A stretch of DNA of 64,000 nt from Rebecca billardiae RCC1528 (Eukaryota; Protista; Haptophyta): NCBI GenBank assembly GCA_965240325.2, contig OZ251224.1, forward strand, positions 620,001 to 684,000, read 5' to 3'. Below, one piece after another: positions 55,501 to 64,000 of the stretch. A program made the position numbers and the translations under genes. The first letter of the stretch is position 1; each line of letters begins with the position of its first letter. The notes under the pieces are model-generated. The model saw only the letters and a list, made by a program, of their open reading frames with translations. It was not told the origin of the DNA and did no database searches.

Positions 55501-56445
55501 TTCCCGCACTCCGCCAAGTCGGGCCGGGCGGCCGCGCCCGCCCCGGAGCGGCCGTCCCCGGACCGCCGCCCAAGCCGCTCGAGCATGCCGGGCGCCGATC
55601 GCTCGGTGGGCAAGCTGGTGCGCCACCACACCGCCATGCTGAGCGCGAAAGGGCGCAAGTCGCTCGGCGCCGCCGGGAGCGCGCCGCGTCCGGAGCATGG
55701 GGACGGCGCGAGGAGCGCTGCCCCCGCCGCCGCGCCGGCGCGCAGCGCCACTAGCCCCAACGCGCGGCCGGCGCCGCCGCTGCGCGCTGGCGTGCCCTCG
55801 CCAGTCACGGGCCCGCCGCCGACTGGCTCGCGCGTGGCCGCGGCGGCAGCGGCGCTCTCGCCGACCCTGCCGCCGGGTATGCGTCGCGATGGCTCGGCAT
55901 CGGAGGCCTCGCCCCCGGCGGTGCCACCGCGCCCGCTCCAGCTGGCGCCGCCGCGCTCGCCCCCCCTGCCGCCACCGCGCTCACCAACAGGGCCGCACTC
56001 GTTCCTGCCCCAGTCACCGGCGAGGGCGCTTCGTGGCAAATCGCCACCGCCAGCGGCGGCGGCTCCCGTGCTGCCGGGGCCGTCGTCGCTGCTGCACAGC
56101 CCGTCACCGGTGCCGCTGTCGGCCTCGGCGCCTCTGGGGATGAAGGCCGCCCACGAGCTCAGCGCGGCGAGCACGCGCGGCGCGCCCACGCCGAGCAGCG
56201 TGCCGGCGGCGCAGTCCCTCGACGAGACGCTCGGCCGCAGCCCCAGGACCTCTGTCTCCTCCTCCACCGGCGGGGTGCGGCACCCGGAGCCTGAGCCGTT
56301 TGTGCGCAAGCGCATCTCCTTCTTTGCCGCCGGCACGGGCGTAGACGGCGCGACGACGGAGACCGCGCCGGGCGGGCATTCTCAGGGCGGCGATCCCGCC
56401 GACCACCCGCGGCATCATCATCATCAGCATCTGCATCAGCAATGA
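52591..56445 (+). CDS. Membrane protein with about 22 TADASV(G/S) repeats, coiled coil and Pro/Ser-rich tail; predicted intron 55147-55284
   Basis: 1284-aa ORF with N-terminal hydrophobic segment, long TM LVWALVAM...VLLVEF, repeat array and His/Gln C-terminus. Confidence 0.75.
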   Translation: MGVHGLSAVLILGAVSYSSTWTGIFRDIDKQWHGGRVRTRQPHAEQAETPSAPEEDAPVSPAIQEHSKLWRPRADLTDAALVIAVQQRILEKALILATVQLTAPSRGGGVGVGAGTMVNATPADLVVATGAYERDAADLAMPGVWQASVSARSALPPIGAGMRAPAVGAPPLEPLLSEGFLPGVANELIEHIPDTPDAPLEAHNATDPAQSGVAGREPQPRAEARPSAAAAEAPSAPPVPEADSTDGLSAHDAIAHGDSSLARTQPIEIDGTALRAAASLRATAAAEREQRGEREGLVWALVAMLACTVVSVMLLAIAVLGLATVLLVEFSGAEKPRQLLRAFMRRVSFGASETPVPMPVTPVSPVSGQPGAYGPSLDARLMSFPRSPPPGGFPATPPAGFPAATTADASVSCASPTADASVGGMATPTADASVSCSTAAPTADASVGGMATPTADASVSCSTAAPTADASVGGVAAPTADASVSCSAAPTADASISCAAQTAEMSVGGNAATTADVSVSCAAPTADAGVGGASAPMVDASVGSQAKRTSDAGVGGVATLTADASVGSAPTRTSDAHVGGSATTTADASVSCGATTADAAVGGVATSTADASVGGLRARTADASVGSEGALTADASAGCSAPRTSDAAVGGTAAPSTADACVGTRSEVDPEESPLFSDPYAQPGGLEHAGLEDFSSFERPMAIHSRYTGSGSLTMSEDEEPAINTPTPRWSVGGSRRMSLEELAPQLASLRGRLREQLAEHQQRLGTPEPSARRYSFMDQLDDDALRAGWGCAGAPASASGSGKRAAAHEPDESSFSSTMPSGLRVEVNELVQVCRGLEAAAKIRTAEIRSKVRAGCARRATRAWLPARLRRPAAARRATRLTDRRRRAPRRAARAPQAAKIKRLEAELARAQGRDPNAPHHADDEGSAGPSPKAPMRQWGAWAAAGSPAAAAAKLPRSSSSPSFDKPPAFPHSAKSGRAAAPAPERPSPDRRPSRSSMPGADRSVGKLVRHHTAMLSAKGRKSLGAAGSAPRPEHGDGARSAAPAAAPARSATSPNARPAPPLRAGVPSPVTGPPPTGSRVAAAAAALSPTLPPGMRRDGSASEASPPAVPPRPLQLAPPRSPPLPPPRSPTGPHSFLPQSPARALRGKSPPPAAAAPVLPGPSSLLHSPSPVPLSASAPLGMKAAHELSAASTRGAPTPSSVPAAQSLDETLGRSPRTSVSSSTGGVRHPEPEPFVRKRISFFAAGTGVDGATTETAPGGHSQGGDPADHPRHHHHQHLHQQ
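53803..54582 (+). repeat. Coding minisatellite (33-39-bp units) including a perfect 75-bp tandem duplication (53836-53910, 53911-53985)
   Basis: Directly visible. Confidence 0.9.
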
Positions 56446-56626
56446 GCCGCACGCTCCCGTCGTGGAGTCGAGCGCCCTCGTCAAATTCAATCCCGATTCA
56501 ATCCATCAGCATGGTCCTGTGGCTGTGGCACTCCTCGGAATCCCAGTGCCCAGCAGCCTCAGGCAGCAGTGACTCAGTGAGTGTGTCGGACACGAACATG
56601 AGTATCAGCATACTACAGCATGCGTG

Positions 56627-56663
56627 CATATATCATATATATATATAATATGAATATGATATA

Positions 56664-56703
<40 letters not shown>
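56627..56703. repeat. Interrupted (TA)n microsatellite
   Basis: Directly visible. Confidence 0.9.
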
Positions 56704-56705
<2 letters not shown>

Positions 56706-56747
56706 AGCTATGCCTGCTATGCGATGATCTTTTAATATTATAATAAT

Positions 56748-56988
56748 TTATGGCGCTGCGCCCCCCCCGAGAGTTAGGCGAAAGGTCTGAGCGTGAGCTA
56801 AAGCCGGAGGGGGGACTAGCGCACGTGCTCCGCAAAATCAAAAAGAGGATGCGCGCAGGATTGGGTTAGTTTTTTGTAGTAGGGCGTAGGCACAGATTTA
56901 CTCATTTAGGTGTGAAAAGCGCATCTGAGATCTACTGAGAGCATATCGCTGCCAATGATTGCGTCTCTAGTGGACGTTATTGTTAATC
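56748..56988. repeat. Dispersed repeat family A, copy 2
   Basis: Aligns with 2181-2370 in the same orientation. Confidence 0.85.
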
Positions 56989-57369
56989 GTAGGATATAGT
57001 AAGTAATCAGTGAGAAGAAATCGAAATCAAATAGGACAAAGGCGTCTGCACCCTTCTGATATGGTGGGCCGTTTACGTGATTATCTCCTGCGCTGATATA
57101 TTCTTTTGGTTAGTGCTGATTCCATTCTTCAACTACTGAGAAGTGATTCCGCCTCAATATTGTCAACAGTATTATGGCACGACGTTCGTCAAGACGTCAT
57201 CGCGGCTCGTTTGTCTATTGGTACCCGCGAAATGTCAAATGAACCCGCCTGCCTGAGTGAGATATCGTCATAGTAATAACGGCGTATATCCTTTCTGAGA
57301 TTAGATACGAGCAAGGAGAGCGGCAGAATCAGGCTAAAGTTGGCAAGTATTATCATACTAAGCCCCTGC

Positions 57370-57469
57370 CGGCCGAGCGCCTTCCGGAGCACTTGGGTGA
57401 GGGTGAGGTCGTAGTCGATGTCGCCGCCCGCCGACCTAGCGGCAGGCAGCTCCGGCATTCGGCAAGCGG
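57370..57469 (-). repeat. Dispersed repeat family B, copy 2
   Basis: Reverse complement of 12017-12109 with a 7-nt insertion. Confidence 0.85.
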
Positions 57470-57488
57470 TCCCAGCCGCGGAGCCTGT

Positions 57489-57549
57489 CAACACACACAC
57501 ACACACACGTGTACACACACACACACACACACACTGACACACACACACA
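57489..57549. repeat. Interrupted (CA)n microsatellite
   Basis: Directly visible. Confidence 0.9.
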
Positions 57550-57551
57550 TA

Positions 57552-58251
57552 TGTGGCTGAGTCAGTTTAAATTCCCCTTCGGCGAAGGGAAACTTTTTCC
57601 GCGCAAAGCCCGGTCAAAGAAAGTCGAAACCCGCTGACTCACCCGCAAGCTCAGAGTGGGCCGCCCGTGCGGTTGCCAGCATGCCTGCGGTCGGCCGTCC
57701 TGGGCGAGCCGCGGTGATCGGAGCCAACTGGATGGGCTCGGTCGCAGCCGAGCCAGCAGGGAGGTGATCGTAGCGAGCAGCACCGCCGACATGCGGCATG
57801 TTCAAGGACGAGGTGCTGAGTCATGCAGCAGCTCGGCTCACGGCACGGAGCGGCTCACGTCGGATGGCGGCGTGGAGTGATGCCGGCCTCGACAAGCGCC
57901 AGACACGCTGCCTACAGGCCTGACAGGATGCACTGAGCAAGCTGCGCCAGTGGGTGCGGCAGCGACATGCGTCTCTAGCTGCGCCGTGACCTCTTGACGC
58001 GCTGGCCGCCGCCCGGCGCCCAGCGCGCGCGCTGCCGCGCGGCGCGCGGCTCAGGCTGGCAGCAGTCTCAGATCCAATCTGACTCACACTTCTCAGAAAT
58101 TCAAAAAAATGGATTTTCTCGCCCAATTTTGGTCCTTCGTCGACGTTCTTGGGCTCTACGTGCTCCTCTCGACGAGGCGCTTCGGGTAGGCTAGCTAACT
58201 CGGATCGCGACCCCTGCACTAAAAAGGGGATTTTAAACTGACTCAGCCACA
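57552..58251. mobile_element. 700-bp MITE-like element with about 28-bp TIRs and TA flanks, between microsatellites
   Basis: tgtggctgagtcagtttaaattcccctt versus aaggggattttaaactgactcagccaca (1 mismatch). Confidence 0.88.
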
Positions 58252-58400
58252 TATATATATATATATTATAATCGTCGTCATATCGTCATTCAACAGTCTG
58301 CGGCACCTAAAAACGCCGCGCGGATCAGAAGCCATCGGGCATCATCAGCATCAGCATGCACTATCTACGCCCGCCCTCCGGCCAGGTGGCGCACACGCGC

Positions 58401-59400
58401 TTAGTAGAGGTACGGGAAGCCGTGGCCGGTGAGCACAGCCTGCGTGACCATGCCGCTGAAGGCCAGCATAGCGAGGCGGCCGTTCTTCACCTCGTTCAGC
58501 TGAAGCTTCTTGGCCGCGGCCGCGTCCTTGCTGAAGTTAAGCGGGTCTGCGCGAGATGCGGATAGCACACAGGCAGGGAGCGGGTGAGTGCCAGCGCATG
58601 CAGCGCGGTGCCGCGACTGCGCACAGCGCATGGCCGAGCATGCACGCGCGTGTGGGCGCAGTCGCACGCACCGAAGCTGAAGTCCCCAGGCGCGCGGTCC
58701 GAGCCCTTCATCATCTGCTCCACCGCCGGCACGCCGGCGCACACCTCGATGACCGAGGCCGCGAAGAGGAGGACGAACATGGCGCCCTTGTCCACCGCCA
58801 CGTCGTGCGCGGCCACGCTGCTCAGGCCCGTCGGCGCGCCCGGCGCCGTGATGCCAAAGTCCGTCGCCAGGAAGCCGACCACCGCAAGCCTGCAAATCAG
58901 CGGCCGGGGCGCAACGCGGGGCGGGCACGGCAATGGGCTTGGGCGCCGCGGCCGCCAGTGCGGCACGGGTGCAGCGAAGGCGTGCGTGGGCCCAATCATG
59001 CCCGGCACCGCGCCGGCGTGCGCACGCACATGGAGAGGCGGCCGTGCTTCAGCTCAGCCTCGCGCATGTACTTGAGGTCGAAGCTCGACGCGAGGTTGAG
59101 GGGGTCCTGCGGGTGGTTGGAGCACGGATCGGGGGGCACGGGTCGCGTAAGCACGCTTCGGGACGCACACATACGCTCCCGCACGCCGGGCAAGCAGCGG
59201 CAACGACCGTCGCACATGGGTGGCACGCATGCGCGTACAAAGCCCACGTCGCCGGCCATCGAGCCGTCGAGGCCCTCCGGCTGCGGGAGGAAGGGCACCG
59301 ACGCCGACTTGCCGGCCGCCATCGACACGCTCGAGCGGCCAGCCGGGCGCGCGAGCGGCGCGTTGAACGCAAGGGCCGAGACAAGGATCTGCGCGAACAT
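58401..59400 (-). CDS. Light-harvesting complex protein, Lhcr type; predicted introns 59107-59238, 58890-59029, 58547-58671
   Basis: [47 protein letters not shown] and [14 protein letters not shown]; bipartite presequence with ALA-FNAP. Confidence 0.95.
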
Positions 59401-59973
59401 GGTGTGACGACTGTGCGCGTGCACACAGGGGGCGCACGAGCGCGTGTCAGGACGGAAGGGTTCGGTGGTATGTTCGCAGGCCGCGTAGAGGCGGCCGAGG
59501 GCACACACGAAGCGCAGCCCGTCCCCTGCACCGCGTCGAGCCGGCGCGAGCACGCGTGCGCCGTCGCGCGCACCTCGGGTGGATCGGGCGGGTGCGGACT
59601 GAAAGATTCAGGCCAGAATACGATTGGGCCAAATTAAACGCGCCTCTCCTAGTGCACTTGTCCCGTATCCACGACCGCTTCTGGATTACAGATTCCCCAG
59701 GCCGCGCGCCTGCCCAAGACGTGCCCGTCTACCAAGCAACGGCCCTTGCCATGCCTTTACCCATCTCCTAAAAAGTACGTGGAAGCCGGAAAGGTGGCGG
59801 CACCGGGATGAACCAATAAAAAGCCGCGCCCGACCCGCGAGGCTCTCCGCCAGCCGGGCGCGCGGCGGGCGCGTCGCGGCCCCGGTCCGGTCGTGATACG
59901 CTGTGATTTTCCTTTTCTTTTTGGGGGTTGACCGTTGGTCAACAGGCCAGGTTGACCGGTGGCCGCCGAGATC

Positions 59974-61706
59974 ATGGAGCTCGGGGCGCGCGAGGCGTCG
60001 TCGCTGGCGAGGTCGATGCTGCATCGCGAGCTCGGGGCCTCACGTGCGCGCGGCACGCGCTCTGCGCATCCCACGCGCGCGCCATGTGCGCCCTTGCATC
60101 GGCGCCGACCCCTCGCAACCCCCTTCCGCACGCGCGTCGCGCGCGGCCATCTCGTGCACGCCGCGCGGCGTTCTCGCGCTTCGCAGGCGGCAAGCTGGTG
60201 GTTTCACATGGGGGCGCGTACGCGCAGCGGCTCTTGTTCGACGCGTACAGCGCCTTGGGTCACCAGACGATCCCATTCACGCTCAAGTTCGCGCGCGAGC
60301 CCGCGCAGAGCGATCTGCTCGCCGTCGCGGACGAGGAGGGCTCTATGACGCTCCTGCGCGTCACGGCTGGCGAGCACGGGGCGGACGCCGTGTCCCAGCG
60401 TTGGGAGGCGCACCACAACGCGATCTTTGACCTGGCATGGGTCGCGTCTGACGCGCGGCTCATCACCGCCGGCGGCGACCAGCAGTGCCACGTGTGGGAC
60501 GTGGAGCGCCGGCTGAGCACTGCGAGCGCGCGCGGGCACGTCGGCTCCGTCAAGTCCGTCTCCGCCAAGCCGGGGCAGCCCGAGGTCTTCGCATCGGGTT
60601 CGCGCGACGGGAGCGTGATGGTGTGGGACTGCCGCAGCGCACGCGCCGACGGCACGCTGGCGGCCGTCTCCGTGATGCGCAACGCGCACGCGGCGCCCGC
60701 CGCATCGGGCCGCAAGCGCAAGCGGCTGACTGGCCATCAGAGCGTCACCTCCGTGCAGTTCCTGCGCTGGGAGAACATGCTGGCGACGGGGGGCGCCGCG
60801 GACGGGTGCGCGCCGCGCTCGCACGGCGCCATGCGCGCCGGCCCTCCGCCCGCGCCTCGCTCGGCACCCTCTCCCCGCCCTCCGCCGCGCCGTGACGAGG
60901 CCGCCCCCCACCGGCGCGCGCCCGCGCCTGCGCCTGCGCGCCCCTCTGCGCGCGACCGCCCGTCCCGCAGCGCGGTCAAGCTGTGGGACCTGCGCCAGCT
61001 GGCGGAGCCGAGGGAGCTGCTGAGCGTCGACCTGCAGCCACAGGGCCCGGGCCCTGACGGCAGGCCGTCCCGCGCGCGCGGCGTGTGCAACCTCGACCTC
61101 GACGAGAGCGGCCTGCAGCTGCTGTGCGCCACGACCGGCGGGCGCGCCCACGTGCTCGACCTGCTGCGGCCTGAGCGCAGCGCCGTCGCCACTTTCAGCG
61201 GCCACGCGTCCGAGACGTTCTACGTGAAGGCGTGCTTCAGCCCGGACGGGCAGTACGTGTGCAGCGGCTCGAGTGACAAGAACGCCTACGTCTGGCACGC
61301 CGCGCAGCCCGCGTCGCCCGCGCTGCAGCTGGTGGGCCACGGCGGCGAGGTCACCGCTGTCGACTGGTGCCGCTCCGTGCCGTGCGCGCACGCGCGCATG
61401 GTGGCCACGTGCTCGGACGACGGCACAGTGCGCGTGTGGGGGCGCGAAGGGCACGGCCCGCGGACCTTTGTCACGCCGGCGCGTGCGCGCTCGCGACAGG
61501 TACCGCGTGCCGAGGCCGCTGACGACGCGCACGCAGCGAGCACGCCACCAGCACGGACGGCCGGCGCCACGCCGCCAGAGGCGGCCGCGTCCGCGGCGCG
61601 TACGGGCCTCGCTCCACTCGCGCGCACTCGCACCATCGAGGACTTCTGGCCCGGAGAGTCGCGCGAGCAGGACGCCGGGTCGGCCGGGCCACGCGAGATC
61701 CAATGA
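59974..61706 (+). CDS. DTL: Denticleless/CDT2-like WD40 protein; predicted introns 60044-60186, 60806-60970
   Basis: LAVADEEG, WEAHHNAIFDLAW, TAGGDQ, GHVGSVKSV, SGSRDG, FYVKACFSPDG, SGSSD and GHGGEVTAVDW. Confidence 0.88.
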
Positions 61707-62231
61707 TCCCGCAAGATCAAGTGCCACCCCACGGCCGCCGCGGGTCTTAATGATTCAGACTCTGAGCCTCAGCGCAATGTTATTTATTGACCGCTGCAGA
61801 GTGCGGCAGGGCTGGGAATTCGTGATCACGTGCGCGTGGTTACATAGGTGGTTGGGGCGTCGCGCGGTCAGACGGTCGGAGAACCCGTCATATATAGATC
61901 AAAAGCAAACCGAAGCCTGACCGACGAGATCGATGACGACGATATAGCTAGTAGTCGCGTAATACTTCTAAGTACGTCCGGAGCTAGAGATCGAGCGCGT
62001 CAGCACGGCCGTCACGCGCCGCGACAGGATGAGACTCGTCACGGAGAGTAGACGACTCTGAGACTCAGACCTTATTAATATAACGACTAGTCATCAATAT
62101 AGCAGTCAGACGGTAGCTTGATGCAAGTGCAATTTGAATTACGTAACTCACTACGCTCAGCCGCCGACGAATAAGCTTTCCTTTCTGTGATGAGTCGAAG
62201 TGCGGAGACCGAGACGTACTAGTGCGGAGTA

Positions 62232-62376
62232 TACTCATTCTATGACGATTTAACGACACAGGTAGGACGACGCGGGTCTCCTGATTCGTCGGCGGTAGTG
62301 CCCGATCGTCGACACGAAGTCGGCGTTGGTGGCAGAGCATAGCCTGCACCGCGATCGAAAAGCTTGAGCGCGGCCT
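62232..62376 (-). repeat. Repeat family C, left arm of an approximately 150-bp inverted repeat
   Basis: Reverse complement of 63787-63939 with few substitutions and short indels. Confidence 0.88.
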
Positions 62377-63262
62377 GCGCGTACGTCGTCGTCGTCTTTC
62401 AAATTGCGCGCGCGTCGCCGTACGACTACGAACGCCCACAGTCACCCCTAGTGAGGCCCTGACAAGCGGGCAGGCTCCGAAGGGCCGGCACGGGCGGACA
62501 CGCTGCACGCACGCGGCACGTGGAAATGACCTTATTGACCTATTACTCCTTGCGCCGGTTGCGGGGGCACCCACAAGACGACTCGGGCTGATTCCGCTGA
62601 TGATGATGCGATGCACGAGCTGCGGTCATTACTAGTGACGTATGCGCGAAGAGGCTTCATATATATGCATGATATTGTGTAAGCTAGCCAGACCCATGCG
62701 CCGCGAGCAGCTCGGCGCGCGCAAAACGACCAAAAGACAATATCAACAATCAATATCGACGGCTGACGACGCGTGGCACCGCGACCACCGCGGTGGCGCG
62801 CGCGGGCGTCGACGCCAGACGGTGCGCCTGGCTTCCGCTCGGCGATGGAGTGATGGGCGACTACGAGGGGGGGGGGGGACGACGGCGAGGAGCGCTGATC
62901 CTGGTGCTTGTCCCTGCTGCCCGATCTGCTGCTACAGCTTGCTGACTCTGACGCCTGCCCGTTGCATGCGCCATCACGCCGTTAAATATAATAAACAATA
63001 AGGTTAAACAGCCTTGGCAAACATTTTTCTCGTCCGTCTTTGCTCTCAGACGCCGCCCGCAGGTCGGCCGGCCGGCGGGCCTCCACTGAGTCCACGGTCA
63101 TTCGGACAATACGACCAAGGGGACCTCCTAGCAGTTGGCTAATTGCTGCTTGCTGTGTGAATTTAGAATTGCTGATTGTGTAGGCTTCGTGCTCCCCCGC
63201 CGACCGCCCAGCGCGCAGCGCGCAAGCCGGCCCCGCCGGTTCGCCCGCCCGCCGCGCAGGGC

Positions 63263-63685
63263 ATGGACGCTGAGGTGCCGCAGGCAAACGACGAGCAGCA
63301 GCACTCTCAGAAGCGGAAGAAGAAGCCCCGGCGTGGGAAGCGCGGGCAACGGCGCGACGCCGAGGGCCGACGGATTCGTTCTCCATCGAGCCATCGCTCC
63401 TCGGCGAGCCGCGCCGTCAAGGAACGCCAGGCGCGCAAGGCGGCGCGCCTGGCGCCGACCGCTGCACCCAAGCCAGCCCCTGCTGCCCCCCTCCACGATG
63501 ACCGAGACTCGCCCCCGGGCGACGACTTGGACGACGAGGAGGCGTCGCCGCAGCGGGCGAAGCGCACCCTGGACGACGCCGCAGCGCCAGCCGCCGCCAG
63601 CCAGCCAGCTGGCTCGAGCAGCAAGCGCGTACGCGACCGCCCGGGGAGCACGGGGCAGGCTCGACCAGCTGCTACCAGCGGCTGA
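63263..63685 (+). CDS. Basic/acidic low-complexity ORF with NLS-like KRKKKPRR, possibly a TE ORF remnant
   Basis: ATG-initiated coding-like ORF located between the family C inverted repeats; no family recognised. Confidence 0.3.
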   Translation: MDAEVPQANDEQQHSQKRKKKPRRGKRGQRRDAEGRRIRSPSSHRSSASRAVKERQARKAARLAPTAAPKPAPAAPLHDDRDSPPGDDLDDEEASPQRAKRTLDDAAAPAAASQPAGSSSKRVRDRPGSTGQARPAATSG

Positions 63686-63786
63686 GACTGCCAGCTGACA
63701 TCCGGACCTGCACTTTCGCCCTCGCTCGGGGCACAGCAGGTCCATGCGAGCCGCGCAGCGCGGGTGGATCGCGCTTCAGCAGCTCA

Positions 63787-63939
63787 AGGCCGCGCTCAAG
63801 CTTTACGATCGCGGTGCAGGCTATGCTCTGCCACCAACGCCAACTTCGTGTCGACGATCGGGCACTGCCGCCGACGAACGATCAACGAATCAGGAGACCC
63901 GCGTCGTCCTACCTGTGTCGTTAAATCATAGAATGAGTA
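63787..63939 (+). repeat. Repeat family C, right arm
   Basis: See 62232-62376. Confidence 0.88.
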
Positions 63940-64000
63940 GTACGTTGATGATCTCTTCCCGAGCGCCTGCAGAATTTCTTTAGGGGGGTATCCGAGGGGG

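Overview
This is very GC-rich eukaryotic nuclear DNA with short GC-rich spliceosomal introns (mostly GTGCGC...GCAG). A red-lineage Lhcr antenna gene with a bipartite plastid presequence and several flagellar genes point to an alga with a secondary red plastid, probably a haptophyte (Pavlovales-like; inference). About 22 protein genes are supportable: TupA-like ATP-grasp, poly-SIM PARP-like ADP-ribosyltransferase, a tail-anchored protein, signal-anchored 14-3-3, RING/F-box/RCC1, ATRIP-like, multi-NDK/Dpy-30/EF-hand, saposin-like/HVA22 fusion, fatty-acid hydroxylase family, tandem GT2, an N-terminal-only NDUFS3/Nad9, AAA_28 NTPase, CCDC113, Chibby, two membrane proteins, sulfotransferase, GBF1/GNOM-type Sec7, glucosidase II beta-like, histone H1, MFS transporter, a TADASV-repeat membrane protein, Lhcr and CDT2/DTL. 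Sixteen of these form eight tight head-to-head pairs. The lower-GC spacers between gene islands hold microsatellites, MITE-like elements, dispersed repeats and pseudogene debris, all showing pervasive short templated insertions. The best novelty candidates are a putative SUMO-chain-targeted ADP-ribosyltransferase, a secretory-pathway 14-3-3, a possibly split Nad9, the saposin-REEP fusion, and the micro-insertion process reshaping non-coding DNA. All calls come from motif recognition by eye; no database searches were run. Exon boundaries are predictions.
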